Below, piece after piece: positions 1-14,300 of a stretch of DNA of 64,000 nt. Both the position numbers and the translations under genes were made by a program. Source of the stretch: Hydrolagus colliei (taxonomy: Eukaryota); the NCBI GenBank assembly GCA_035084275.1, contig CM068749.1, positions 15,810,001-15,874,000 of the forward strand. Reading direction: 5' to 3'. Each line of letters opens with the position of its first letter. Within the stretch, counting starts at the first letter, position 1. The notes beneath the pieces were generated by a model. The model was not told the origin of the DNA. It saw only the letters and a program-made list of their open reading frames with translations, and did not search any database.

Positions 1-1034
1 CTGTGCCATGATTTGGTGGAAAGCATTGATGTGTAAACTGCCGTTCAGTGAGCAGTTGCAGGAGGGTGAGAGAAAGTATGCCCTACTGTTAACCCGCACA
101 CAATCGTGATCTCATCCTACATTACCTGTCACTGCTTGGAACAGCACACTAGTACCATCATCTAGTTCCCACTTATTTGTTGCATGAATTTGTGCAAAGG
201 TGTTTCAGAAAAGTAATTAGCATTTTACACATTAATACAATTTCTCCTTCACCCTTTACTTTTAACCCCAGAGTACCAAATGATTACTTCAAATTTTCAC
301 ACAAAACATGCAAAATAAATTGACATTTACATAATATTTCAGATTGGGAGGATGTCCTAAGTTGTTGAATAGTGTAGGGTTCGCACCTGACTTGGAGGGG
401 GCGAGGGGCTGAGGAGGGGAAGAATGGCTGCATGCGGTGTCAAACATTCATACTACTATTTCAAATACTGAACTGTACCATCAAATATATTCCACTTATA
501 GATGTCCACGAATGATAATTACAAAGCATTTAAAGATGTGCACCGTAATATAGAACTCAGCTTAATTTTTAATATACTACAAATTCGGAAGTATGATAAT
601 TGTGTTTTACTTTAAATTTTGTGCTGGAATGCTAGTATTGTGTCTTTAGGAGATTAATGAGCCATGACAAACTCATTATTAAGCTTCCCCTTTCCATTTC
701 AGTGTGCAATGCAGAGTCTAAAATAATTTTAATTTATTTCTGGAATAAATAAAAATTTGGTGTGGAAACTTATTAGAATTGCAAAATACCGAATTTGTGC
801 TGACTGTAGTTTTTCTCATTCATTTGTAACATAGTTAGAATATAGAATAAAGCTGAAAATCTTGCAAAATAATAATGCTGTCCTGGTAATTGGTGCAGGA
901 ATATTGCCTATTGTCACATCACAATGTGGTAGTAATCTACATGTGGCTTTACTGATGAGCTGACCCAAAACCCTACTTGGAATGGAGTACAGTTGTACAA
1001 CAGCTCAGGCATTGTATTTGCTGGGAAAATACAT

Positions 1035-1262
1035 TGCAAAGAGAGAAACATCAAGTAAATGAGAGACGCAGAAAATAAATTCAAGCAAAAGACAAAAGAA
1101 GAAAAGAGAAAGGAATAAGTAGAAATATAACAATAAAAAGAAAGAAGAAAGAGCAGAAGTATTGAAAGAAAAAGCAGATGAAAGAATTTACCGAAAGATG
1201 TAATAGCAAAAAACATGAATTAAAGAATTTATTTGCCATCATAAAGGGAAAAGAAAGATAGA
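1035..1262. repeat. Purine/A-rich low-complexity tract
   Basis: Run of GAAAA/AAAG-like units; explains the F/L/S-rich spurious minus-strand ORFs 914-1216 and 1081-1269. Confidence 0.8.
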
Positions 1263-1930
1263 TGTACAAGACCTGCAGAAATAAACGTCATGGTGAATTT
1301 ATTACGATAACACCCTTTTGATTAATTCTTTCCAATAGACATGTAGTCATGTCATCTTGGAAGTGCCTCCGACATACAGTACTGTATATACATTTTATTA
1401 TCAATTTCTTTTCAAGCTATCTTAAGCATGAGCATTCATTGCTCCCTCTGAATGAGCAGCGTAATTAAAATCTCTTCAACTGATATATTATCCAGTGAGG
1501 TTTATTGAAAAGTAGTTCATATTAAACGTTTCTCTCAGGAGGACGCATCATCTCGGAGTGAAACCCTGTTATTGTCACTCTTACAGCTGACAGATTGAAT
1601 GCAACAACAGGAACCCACTCATTATACAGTTAGTCACGGTGAATAGATGAATCATTGGCGATCCAATAATTTGACATATATGTTGCACAGATTCTTGGGC
1701 AGTGTGGACTTTAATTTATACCCTGAAGCAACCCCATTGGGCTATTTCTAATTTGGGAATTTTATGTTCTATTTGGAGTGCAGTGGAGCAAAATGGAATT
1801 GTGTTTATATTGCACCTCACCTCGAGCATTATTCTGCTCATCCCCTCTTTTACAATTTATTCAAAGCTCCCCGAAATCAATCAGGCTTCATGGTCATTCA
1901 TATAAAGCTATTCATTCTGAAGCTAATCAA

Positions 1931-2142
1931 ATAATAATCCCTCCAAAAAAAACACAATAATTAAATGGGTCATTTAAATCTGTTTGTGGGAGACTGCCGT
2001 GTGCAATTGGCTGCCGCGTTTCACTCACAAAGATGCAGTCAATTCACTTTACAATATATTCTGTGAAGCGCTATGAGACATCTAGAAAACATGAAAAGCA
2101 CTATATCAAATGAAAGGAGCAATGTATTATTATTTATTATTA
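1931..2142 (+). mobile_element. 5'-truncated tRNA-derived SINE with L2-like tail (short, TAGAA-loop subfamily)
   Basis: ataataatccc...ctgtttgtgggagactgccgtgtgcaattggctgcc...cagtcaattcactttac...gtgaagcgctatgagacatctagaaaacatgaaaagcactatatcaaatg...(tta)n; matches full copies at 57856 and 60019. Confidence 0.9.
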
Positions 2143-2246
2143 CCTGTAGGGCACTTGAATACTTTGTATTTAGAAATATAATTGAAGAAATTGCATTTAG
2201 ATACTAATGTGGAATATTGTGCAGCATACTTCGAGAAAGACATTGA

Positions 2247-2370
2247 CAATAATAATTTAATATAGTGGCATATCACATTTTCGAGACGTTTCAAAGCACT
2301 TCATGGGGTACAGGTTCAAGTTGATTAACTTGTATATTTTGCGGGCGAAACACAGCAAACAATTGCATTA
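2247..2370 (-). mobile_element. SINE 3' fragment (GATAAGG-type tail)
   Basis: Reverse complement of the SINE tail: atatagtggcatatcacattttcgagacgtttcaaagcacttca...tgtatattttgcgggcgaaaca. Confidence 0.75.
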
Positions 2371-2427
2371 CAATACAGTATGTTGAAGAAGGATCGGATG
2401 GCCTTTTTTGTTTCTTTCTTATAAATT

Positions 2428-2497
2428 GATAATAAATATAATATTTACATTTGATAGTTAGCCTTTCACATTGCGAGGAATTCTCAAAGCACTTCAC
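2428..2497 (-). mobile_element. L2/SINE 3' tail remnant
   Basis: atttacatttgatag...gcctttcaca...ctcaaagcacttcac is the reverse complement of the shared tail. Confidence 0.55.
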
Positions 2498-2829
2498 GGA
2501 TTTATTGTAAAATCTTGTGGTCATATTCGAAGGGAGTCACACTGGCTAGTTTATTTAAACATTCAAATTGTATATGTGCTCAAATGAAAAAAAAGTTCTA
2601 TTGTGTATGTATATTTTCATTGTGTGCATTCTGCTATTTGTCTCCACTAAGACGCTGAGTGATTTGTTTATGCTTGGGGAAAAGGCAAGTGCTTGAAATA
2701 ATAAGTATTTGGAATATGATTTTTAGAGATCAAGTGATGAATTGCATTCCCTTTTCTCAGTGGTTCTTTGAGGAATAAGACAATGGCAATAATAGTATAT
2801 AATACTCTTTGAATTTGAAACGCGGCATT

Positions 2830-2912
2830 CAATTGTGCAAAACAATATCTCACAAACAATCGTGGATTGAGTGACTAAATTATTTTTTGTGCTTTTTTAA
2901 AAAGTGATTATC
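2830..2912 (-). mobile_element. SINE internal fragment
   Basis: ctcacaaacaatcgtggattgagtgactaaat is the reverse complement of SINE body ggtcactcaatccacgactgtttgtg. Confidence 0.65.
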
Positions 2913-4784
2913 ATCCCTGGAAAAGGTATCTGCCAATCGATTAACAACCATGTTTCTACTAGGTAAACAGAAGTGGAGAAAATAAATTTGTATAACTTTC
3001 GTATGCCTCCACGTATGCCTCTATTCTCCTTCAGCTCTTTGATTTGGGACTGAGGAAGTTGGCCAAATCCAATGGCTGTTAGTGCAGTGTGAAGGGTAGT
3101 GGGGGGAGGAGGGTGCGGGAGGGGGGGTGAGTAGTGGGGAGAGAATATGTTTCCATTTCCCTTAATGGTTTAATTAGAAGAGAATGTGGCCTAGTTTCTG
3201 GTGATCACGCAAGACTTGCGTGGCAACAGGATTGGAATTTGATCTACAGAGTTAGCTTTGCAAATTTCCCAAGTGTAGGACATCCGAGTAAAACCCCAGG
3301 CAAAGAACTCCAGGAAACCCTCCCTTCTGATCCTCACTGTAGCCTGTGAGAATGTCACTCACCCATTATATCTCCCCTTGAATAGACCCATTAATAAATC
3401 CAGCTAATAGTCAGTAGAATGAAAGGCATACACAGTTCAAACAAAGGTTGAGATGACATCTTGATTTGTACAAACTGTAATGATTAAATGACACATCTTC
3501 AAAACTTCCAAGATTATATTGTAGTGTTTAATTACCTTTCCAACTGCATTTCCATAATATATGCAGGCATTTTTAAAAAAAACGTTGGTAATCGTTACAC
3601 TATTACTCGGAGTCCAGTGGAGAGCCTGGTTAAGCACATTGCTGATAGTTCATCCCAATGCCAGTCACTGTCATGCTAGTTTGATATTAGTGCTTCAAAT
3701 TGGCTTGAGGCCGGTAACATCACTATTGTTCGCTATCAATAGTGTTTTGATAATTTTGTTACCATTGTAGTTATTATTAATCGTCTGCCCTTTTGACAAG
3801 TAATGTAACAGAGAGGTAATGCATCAACATTTGTTGATTTAAACTGCTAACTGAACTATTTAATTGGGGGGGATTTCATAATGCCAAAACAAACTATGAT
3901 TTTCCACTATTATTTTATGCACTAAACATCAGCACTAAAGATTACATTTGAAGTTTAATTGGGTTGTAACAATATTTATTGCGAAAATCACTTACTATTT
4001 CTGTTGAGTATAAATGTTCTGTGAGCCACTGAGATTTATGAATATTCGTTAAATGATGCAATCTTTTTATAATCTGGGAATAACATATGATTATTATAAA
4101 AGCATGTAAAATGCATTGGATTGTGTGAGAATATTAAAGGGACATTATTATGCAGTGCAGTTTACATACATATATTTGCTGTTGTCTCACAGACGCTATT
4201 AAATATGACTGTCAAAATCCCATTAGTATGGAGTGAAATGAAAATGAAATATCATTGCTCAATCTATAAGAGAGGAGTTGTTTTTAATACTGTTCAATTT
4301 ATAGTGGAAATTGACTGAGAAAGGGAGCCGCTGAAATTCCAATTTAGAATGAAGAGACTGTTTAATTTTGCAAGGGGTAACAAGAATAGTCAGGCCTGTC
4401 CCTGGTTAAAGTGAAGTCAAGAAGTACAATGGCTGTGTCTGCAAAACAAAGTTAGGATTCGGCTGACATGCACCTATTGAGGTCTACTTTGCTAAGTACT
4501 TTGCCAGGCTGCAAAACATTTCCTACCTTTTTAAAGAGGCCAGTTCTCAATCTAGACAATGTTGCTTTTTTATGGGATATAGGATGGACCATGTTAACAC
4601 GAGCAAGTTACATCCAGGTCAAATTTGACTAGATGTGTCTAACAGAGGTGAGATCAGAGCATCAACAGTAATGGAAACTGGTCTAAATTTGCCAATTAAA
4701 TAAGGAATTAAAAATCTAGAGTTGATTTCAGTTTTCACTAATAATGGTTTGCCCATACTCTCATATTGTCCACAAAATAAACTC

Positions 4785-4867
4785 CACTTTATTGTATATC
4801 AGGTAAAGCAATTTGAGACAGCCCCCTTAAGTAAAAGACGCATCAAATGTAAGGATTATTATTATTT
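4785..4867 (+). mobile_element. SINE 3' tail remnant
   Basis: cactttattgtatat...aaagcaatttgagac...catcaaatgtaaggattattattatt. Confidence 0.6.
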
Positions 4868-7800
4868 CTACTTTTACAACTTCTCTATTGTGTTGTCATT
4901 TTGATCCCTGTCACCAGCTTCAATTTTTCTAGCTCTTTACTTCTACCGTCCATTTCAGAAGAGAATCTGTTTCACAACAATTGGCTTTAAAGTCTGTTTT
5001 ACAGGCAATGGATAAGAAAGACTGAAGATTGACAGTGTAGCTCACAAATGTGACCAGATCAATCACGACAAACCAGAAAGTGGAGTGAGTACCAAAAAAA
5101 TGTATCCCCAGAGTCCTCAGAGCAATCCCCAGAGAGATTGAATACAAAGAGGTAAACTCAATCACAGATTTCTAAAGAATAAATGAACATTAGTGGCAAA
5201 TGACTGTGGACAAATGTCAAAATTTGCACTACTTATGCACATCTTTAGTATTCACAAATGGATGATTCTTTCTCCAAAGTTCCATGATTCATGAAAGCTA
5301 GTAATCATGTTGTACTTTGCAGCAGGTTACCAGAAAATTCACTATGTATAATGCATTATAAATAAATAAGGCTGCATCTGTTACATTTAACTACCTATTG
5401 GATGTGATATTCAACTAACTTTGAATTATTAATATTTATTATTTGAAGTACAGAGTTTAAAAATCATTACACTACATCAGATGTGACATAAGATACATCT
5501 GATCATGAAAGCTCAATCAGCCAAGCTGAAACTCCAGGTTTTAAACAGTATATTCAAAAATCAAATTTAGTTTGCTGATGCCCTGAGCTTTTTAGCTTTG
5601 AATTGATTGCCAGTCAAGTACATCAAAAGGTCAGAAGAAAAGTGTAACCTTATATTGTGACGGTGTAATTGTTAAAGACATCATGTCACAGCAGGATTTA
5701 CTGTGCGTTTCACTGACAATCCTGTAGAGATTGATTAATCAATCATTGGCACGCTCTATGAGTTTGCAAAGAGACTTGTTAGTACATCATACAAAATATT
5801 CATCATCTTATAGGAATCAGCAGGAAAAAGAATTATCCCATGCTAATGAATGTGCGCAGCATTGAACCGTTTGGTAGCTCTTTTGCTTCACTTCTATCTG
5901 ATTCTACACAGAATTCCCCAGACGGACAAGGTAATAACACCAGGAAGAAATTAGCAGTACAAATTTGCTCTGTTAAATCAATAGAGTCCAACTCTATTCT
6001 GTTATCAAACTTAATAGAATTATATGATAAGAATATTTATTTTTTCAGGACTAATTATACTGTTAAACACAGTTGAAGCATTCAGTTGCTTTACACATAA
6101 AAAATACAGTAATTGTTAAAACAAAGTAAACGGGGAACGGTTGAAAAAACGGAAATTGACTGTGCGAACATTTATTTAAAATGAGCGATTTACTGAACTA
6201 GTTACCGAGTGTCATAGCTGGAACGTTGAGTGTGCTCTGTTTATCCATTCAATTAATGCACAAGAGTTGAGTTGAGGGAATATTCATCAGATACCATTCT
6301 GAGCAAAGCATATGTGATCTGAGAGTGAAGTAGCTTCCCTGCCAAAATGACTTCCTGTCTTGATGCTGATTCAATGTGGAAACCTTCAACAGTGGATATT
6401 TTCGCATTTCCACAATGTTTTCAGGTCCTTATGGTTTTACAGGTTTCAAATTCTGGAGATCACTCAGTAAATCTGTATTTCTAAATGGATGGAAACACTT
6501 TGCAACCTGCTTCAGTGCAAATTGTTAACTAGGTCAGTGCAGCCATTTTGGATGTTTTTCGTTTTCCCTTCAAGAATTCTGAAGAGTATTGAAGAAATAT
6601 TATGCTCTGAATGAAACTAATCAGTGTGCTTGCTGTGTTGAAATGAATTGAATTTTGTATTTTAGTTACTTCTTCAAAAGGATTTAAATGAAAGAATGGC
6701 CTTACTGTGGAGCACATCTAACTGTAATAGTACTGTGAACCATATTTGGTAAAATTCCTCTGAGAGTCATAACACTGAATTTAGCTTCAAAATCCAACAG
6801 AGAATTACTAGGCTTATGTGAACAGAAGGGCAGTCAAAACCATTAGGACAATGAAAGGCGTTTCATCTGTGCAATGAGATATCTTGAAAGGTGAGTACAG
6901 TAGAGAGTTGTACAATGTTCTGTGAAATGTCATACAGTGACCCATGGGAGCCATGGAACAAAAAAATGAAGCAAGGGTTATATGTGTGACATGTAGAAGT
7001 TCTAATTTCTCTCAATTTTGCAGTCAGGTCTTTGTGAGAGTGACATTGATTGAAACGATGCATATGTGAAGAGGTGATTGTGAATTCAGAGTGAGAGGGA
7101 CAAGAATGAGGAATATGCATGACTTTTTGTCCTGTTGCCACTCATGGGACTCTTCATAGAATCTTACGGTATAGAATGTGGCCATTTGTCCCATTGTGCC
7201 TGAATCCAACTTATTCCAACAAATATTATCATCAGGTTTTGCAGGGGAGAGAATTAGTAAAAAAAAAGAAAAGCATCCGTTGGCCTTTTAAATATACCTG
7301 TTCAACTTCACCTATTGTCACTGAAAGATCAGTCATTACCAGTCAAATAATTACTTGTAACTGTTAATGACCAGCAATTGTTAATGATTGGTGACTGTTA
7401 ACAATTTATCGAACCTGAACAAATTAGTTTGAAGCTGAAAAAAGTAAATCTTTGATTAAAGTGTTTGTAAAAACATAATACAGTACTGTCAATAGCGTAA
7501 ACTAACTGAAACTCTTTCTTCTGATGGTGCTATTTAGCTCACAAAGTGAAACGTGAAAAGTGGCAGTATGGCTTTGTTCAGGACAGACTTTCATTTATTT
7601 TAATTAGTGTTTGCATCATTAAGGGATAACCATTTTAACTGCTCTTAACTCAATATGAAAAACCTGGTTTGCTGTACTTACTGTACAAGTTGGAATGTCG
7701 CCAGTAGAGAAGCAGATCGCTATTTGTTATATGTTATACTCATGTTACTGCATGCAGGATAGCTCTGCGATAAGGTGCAGTGATTGAATGAAGTTGAATA

Positions 7801-10420
7801 TTTTGATGGTGAATAGGAACCTTCTTGGATCTTCTGGTGTAACTGCCACTTTATGTGGACAAACACATCAACCCAGCAAGTCATATCAAAGGCACTGCAC
7901 TGCTCTGGGTATTTACCTTTCAAAAGAGAAATATGTTCTGCTTCCAGCAACATCTTACCTTCCCCAAAAATATCAGCAGCATTCTATTATAAAAGGAAAA
8001 TTCCACCCGGATTTTGCCTTCCTAGTTCACTTGACAGGCTGCCACTCCATTCCCACCACCCACCCACCCCCACCACTCTATTCGCCCTTTTATTTAGAAT
8101 TCAGTAATTTGAGAAGTGACATTGCTTCCAATACAACACTGTTATATTGCAAGAGCAATATCACACCTCCCTCATCCCCAGGGCAACATAGGTTGGAGCT
8201 TCTTGGAGCTTCTCCTTTGGTGCTTGTGGAATTTGTATTTCTCCACATGCACAATTTTATATGGACTCAATGCTTTAATGAAGGCTGAAAGGCATTGTGT
8301 ACATACTACAGTACATAGACTATCTGGGAGTTACTTTATTTGTGTCTCGTGTTGGTGGGAGGCAAATCTGATTTAGTTTTTATGTAAGGTAGAACTCTTC
8401 GGGACTAAAAGAGTAGGAGGTTCATATCCAGTGTTTATCCCACTGTACCATCCAATACAAGTGGCAGGATACATTTGGAAAGATTCACGACCACACATTG
8501 ATCAGAGTAGTAGAGATTGTGCCTTTTTTTACCATGAAAGGTTACCTACTTGATCCACAAGAGACCATGTGATAGATTTAGTGAATAATCAATACTAATA
8601 ACCTCTGTTTAACACCACCTCATTCATCTGCCATTATTTCATAATGTATTACACCTTTCCAGATGTTTCAAACCACTAGGAACCAATGCCATCATTGATC
8701 TGTTTTACAGGGCAGGACAGAATATGCATATCAAATTACACCAAGATAAAAGTATGCAAGTTGATTAGGCCATCATCTTGGAACACAAAATGCTATTTTG
8801 TGCATCAATATTACAGCAAAGGGTTGTGTAATGTGATGAAAATTGATTGATAATAAGGTTGTTTAAGGTCAACTGATGGAATAAGTGGCCAAAAGTCACC
8901 ATTTGAATATGACAACTTTGCCGGCATTTCAGATTAGCTTTGTCTTACAACTTTCATGTGTTCGAAATACATATATTGATAAATTGTGGTAACTTTGTTA
9001 ATAGCTGGTTTAATGAATAGTTTAAAACAGAACTAAATTAATAAGATCTGGTTAACTCCTCTGCTCTGTTTGTTTCAATTACTCCAGATGTATTATTTTT
9101 ACTTAAAAATCAGGTAAACCATAATCAAGCTCCACTACTTCATTGTTGTTATTGAAAGTGTTTTCCCACTGCCATCCAATTGGATTATTCCTGCTGGAAA
9201 AGGAGGGGACCCATGGACCTATTTGAGATGAAAGGAATAGATGGGTTAGAGAGATGGAGAATATCCATTACACAATACAGTAGAATACAAGGCAGAGGTG
9301 CGAAAAATAGAGAGTAACATGGTAACCATGTCTGTTACCATGTAACAGACCGTTGACTGTGCGTCTTTTTGAATCAAACAAAAAAATGTTAGTTGTAATT
9401 GTGCCTTTATTCCCAGGAGTTAGCATGATGTTCTGTAAAGGTCCTATGGCACAAATAGAGCATATGCATTGCTTCTTTGCAAAATATGATTTCTGATTTT
9501 GTGATAAGCATCACAAGCAACAATGAAATAGATTTCGGTGATCAGACCAACTGCCTTTTGGGGGAAATTCCTGAATAAACTCCCATTTTCACTTCCTATA
9601 AGGTGTAAGGTCTTGTGGCTTGTTACTGAGCCAATTAAACATACCAACTATGCCAGGTTATAAAGTGTTTTCATAATTGCAAACCCAAATGATCTATCAG
9701 TGAAAGCATGCTTTCATCATCCTATCATTCTTTATGGTTTCAAGAATTACAATAAAATAATTGGTATTTATTTAACAGACAATGTGCATCACTGCATTTT
9801 TGCTTTTCTGCAAGGAAATCTCCTCTCTGTGCTGTATAATATTTAGTGATAGCACATGGGTTGAAAAGCCGATGTTATAGTACACATTATACAGAGTGCA
9901 CAATGAGTGGAAGTAAGATGCGTTTCTACCAGGATGGAAATTCCAGAGTTGGCTCATTCATTCCGGACCATTCTCAGATATTCCAGCAACTTATCAGAGA
10001 GTACCATACAAAGCAACCTTGAGTGGTGATTGCACAATCGTCTTTACAGGGAGACCAACATGTGGGTGAGAGACTAAATATAAATATCTCAAACAATCCA
10101 CATTATTATTAAAGTATGCTTGGCAAAATTCATGTTTTGTTATTAACTGGGATGGGAAGGTTGGAGAATTGGCACATTTTCAATGAAATTGAAAATCGGC
10201 TTCCAAACTGTAGCAAGAACAGTTGTGGTTCTGTTGTACTTTGCAAATCAAATTTAAATGCAGGTTCATATTGTCAGCTATTAAATACTGTATTCCCTGT
10301 TGCTGACTCCAGTACAGAGTTTGAAATGCTGTTTGCAATGGAATGTCCTGGGTTTATGTTTGAAGCTTAAGGTGGCACACCATCCATCTTCTACAAGCAA
10401 GGCAGTGTTCTATCATGAGG

Positions 10421-10514
10421 AGTCAATTCACTTTACAGTATATATTCGATGAGGCACTTAGGGACATCTCAGTGACGTGATAAAGTACTATATTAAATGT
10501 AAGAATTATTATTA
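10421..10514 (+). mobile_element. SINE 3' fragment (GATAAGG-type tail)
   Basis: agtcaattcactttacagtata...gacgtgataaagtactatattaaatgtaagaattattatta. Confidence 0.8.
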
Positions 10515-11176
10515 TGTATACAAGCAATTGGAATTTAAACAAACAAAATTGTCTTTTAACACTCAGTGAAACCAATGCAGCACCCTTACTCTTTTCTGCG
10601 TTGTGATGAAAAAGTTTTCACTCTGAAGTGGGAGCTAGTTTTACTGATTTTTCACATTATTTTCTTTTGTGGATTTTTATTTCTGTCTGTTGCACTTTGC
10701 ACTGCATTTATTTCAAGGCTATACACTGTTAATTATTACGTATCAATTAGCTGGATAGTTGCACATTAATTCTGTTAATAATCTGTTCAGTGTAAACCAT
10801 CCTATTCTCTCAGATTCATCTCTTGTCTTTTCAGATAAGGGCTTGGGGGTAGGGGAGTCATCGAATATTGCGAGTTTTAACACCCCCAATCTTAAATGCA
10901 AGGTCTCTAAAGATGGAAACTTTACTCCTTCTGAAATAGCTGGATTTAACATTTCAGCAGTTCTAAATGATTTAAATTTAAAAAACTGCTAGTGTTAACA
11001 ATGCGAACTTTCTCTATGGTGATTTTCTTCTGAATAACAGTTATTTCTTTGACAAATAAGATGCATAATTCATTAGCTCAAATAAGCTATGAAGCTGAAG
11101 CCTACTATTTAATTGCAATTTATTTAATAGAAGTTTCCACTTACTTGGTGGTGTATGTCCAGAGAAACTTTTACTT

Positions 11177-11374
11177 AACAACAATAACAATCCTTGTATT
11201 TGATTTAGCACCTTATTACTTCTTTGAGATGTACCCAAGTGCTTCATAGAATATACTGTAAAGTGAATTGACTGTATATTTTGTAGTCGATACGTGACAG
11301 CCAATTGCACACAGTAGTGTCCCACAGTCGTGGATTGAGTGAGCAAATCACTTTTTTTTTTGAAGGGATTACTA
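11177..11374 (-). mobile_element. SINE 3' half (GATAAGG-type)
   Basis: aatccttgtatttgat...gaatatactgtaaagtgaattgactgtatattttg...cagccaattgcacac...gtcgtggattgagtga...gaagggatta is the reverse complement of the SINE body and tail. Confidence 0.9.
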
Positions 11375-14300
11375 CCCCGAAAAAGTGACTTTTACTTTTG
11401 CTTCCATTAATTGCTGCTGTTTTTGTGACACTCCATTCCATTTTCCTTAATCGCAATTTCTGATTATTGTAACCATCTAGAAAAAGTATTCAGTATCACA
11501 CTATTCCCTAACTTGGTAATGCAACGTATTCGTACCAGGATGACCATAGCAACAGTTAAAAAAGTCACAATAGCTATCCTATTTTAACATATGGAGCCAC
11601 AGCTAAGCCTAGCGCATATTTTGTTATAGTATGTTGGCATGTTTTAATGCAAAATTGGCTCAGAATACAGCATCCAGATCGGAGTGTTAATCTTGCAGCA
11701 GTGGTCTGCCTGAGCAAACGATTGGCAAATGAAAAGACACGGAGCTGGCAGAAGAAATGCAGATGATTTTGAAAGCAATGTGTGAAATCAGTACTGGAAT
11801 AAGCATGCAAACAGTGGGGTACCCCGTATTGCAGATTCAGAAATGGTTGTGGATAAAAGAACCACAACTTAAGTTATGCTCCTGATAATTGCAATTGGAA
11901 GCTAATTGCAATTGTCTCCTGGTGTCGAATGATTACAATACGAGGAGTAGTCTGTCCTGTTCAATGTTGTGTTGAGGACTTCAAAAGCTTATGAATTGCT
12001 AATTATGTCTCCTGATAAGGGTAGGAAATAACACGTTACTTTAAAAACGTGGGCTCAGGGTCACAGCATGGAAAGGCAAATGGGTAAAGGGGAGTAATCT
12101 CATTAATTATTTATGTTCTGTTATTTTGCTTTATTGATGAAAATGTATGGTTAGACACTTTGCTGTTACGTGCTCCTTCACTTTGTCTCCATGTGCCCTC
12201 TCCACTTTCCTGCACGGCTGTTGCTATCCAGTACCTACTCCTCATCTCCGCTATTCCGACCTTAATTATCTCTTAAGGCTATCCAGAGAAAAAAATGTTG
12301 GAGCTGGAATTCAGGATGATCATTGATCTAGAAACACTGGCAAGAGGTTTTTGCTCTATGGATAAAGATTTTGCTCCATGACTAAAAATCGATCCATGTT
12401 GGCAAGATTCAGACAACAAAACATAAGCAAACTGTAGACCAGTGTAGGTCAACTGGTTTTACGTGGCCCATTCCAAACAGCCATAAGCGATCAGGAGAAA
12501 ATCTTGAACAAAGAAATCTCAGCCAAATCTAAAGTTTTACCCACCTGCTCCCTGACTTGCTAATATAAATAGAGCTTCAGAATACAACACGAGGCAATGA
12601 ATTACCTATGTATCACCTATGTAACAGCAGTACACAAATGATCTTATGATGCTGATTTGCCATTCCCATAATTACTGTTTTCAAACTTACATGCCTGCCA
12701 TAGGTGCCTAACGACTGTAGTTCTGTTGCACACAACACTGGCAGTCTTTGAGTCACCATTAGTTTCGATGTACTACCAGTGAAATACAAAAAGTGCATCA
12801 ATTGCAAATGTAATAGCCACTAAAGTAAATCACAGGTTTTAAATAAATTGCCTAAGCAGTTAGTTAGTTTTGCATTCATAGTTTATGATGTCACATGAAC
12901 TCAAATCCACTGTGTTTCTGCAGGATGGTGATTATATTGTGGGGCCCATTAGGCTAAGAGAAAGCTTATGTGACAGTTTATTTGAGGCCCACAAACCTTC
13001 TACATTACAACAATGTCACACTGACACCTATTAATGAGTTCCTTAAAGGCAATTCGATGCTCAATCCTACCTTGGAAAAACATTTTTAGACACAATTTAC
13101 AATGTGTGCCAGCATTTGAGGCTCTATAAATAGCCAAACAAATGGTTGTGTGTATCGGACTCTATTCAACCCATGGTAAGTTTGAAGAAACATCAAAACT
13201 TGATCCCAGACCTACCATAATGTGCCCCCTTTTGTCACAGCATTTTAACTGCTCCTACCTACTTATCCACCATTCTATATGATCTTCCTATGCCAGTTAT
13301 TAATTCTGGAAGAGTTATACATAAAATGACTAACAGCAATAAATCAAAACAGACCTCTTAGAGTTGTAATTTGCAGCAATAATTAAAATAGTCATTTTGC
13401 TTTTGTGTAATATAAAAAAAACTCTACCAGCATCAAGTACATAGCTGTAGAAAGCACCAAGTATATCTTAGCAATCATTAGGTTAGATTCCCAGTGAATT
13501 TCCACTGAGAGCTAGGAAAGTGACAAACCACCTATATGGCTGGTTGCTTTTATATTTCACTGTACCATCAAAGTTTTTATAATTTAGATCCATGTAGTGC
13601 AATTAATATCAGTAAGGATTGGGGCACCAATGGCAGTCGGTGGGTATTCTATAACCTTTGTGCAATGTTTCAGTGTACAATTCTACTACAGAGAAAAATG
13701 TGCATTTGGAAAATTGAGGTAATACTTTGAAGTGTCTTTCCACCCTTCTGTAGGTCAAGAACCTTTTCATTCCCCCTGTAGCTCACACTGCCAGCATTCC
13801 ACACAAAATGTAGAACATCTTCTTTCTCTGTGTTTCCCACCCCCAATGAGATACATTCTTCCCTTCCCCAGGAATGACAAAGCAGCTTCAATGGGTAAAA
13901 GCGATCTGCATGTTTGTTCAATGATAAAGTGCAAGTGGAATTTTGGAATCCTTCCTTCGATCTGACAATAACTGGGAAGGATTTATTTTCCACTGGTTTG
14001 GTCAGTTGACAAGGTCACAGTAAAGAGAACAATGAGCAATTGCCTTTTCTTAATTTGATGCTTTCTGTGGTGACTTTAAGCCATTTCCAAAACTGTTTAA
14101 CCTTTTGTTCTGCTTCAGTTCTTTTTTACTCCACTGAGCCATAAAATGTAATGACTGACCGCAAACTGTGCCTCTCTATCTCGATTTTTATTTCCTGTAT
14201 TGAGGGCAATTCAATTAGTCCTGCAATTTGCGATTACATTTAGAGTATAATGTATTCATGCTTCTTTATTCCCCTCCATTTTATGAAAATCATATCCTTG

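Noticed and set aside
3100-3140. G-quadruplex-forming G-rich tract
   Set aside because: Simple G-run low complexity, common genome-wide; no supporting context.
7788-8288. 166-aa ORF
   Set aside because: No recognisable domain, includes a low-complexity C-run, no exon-like composition.
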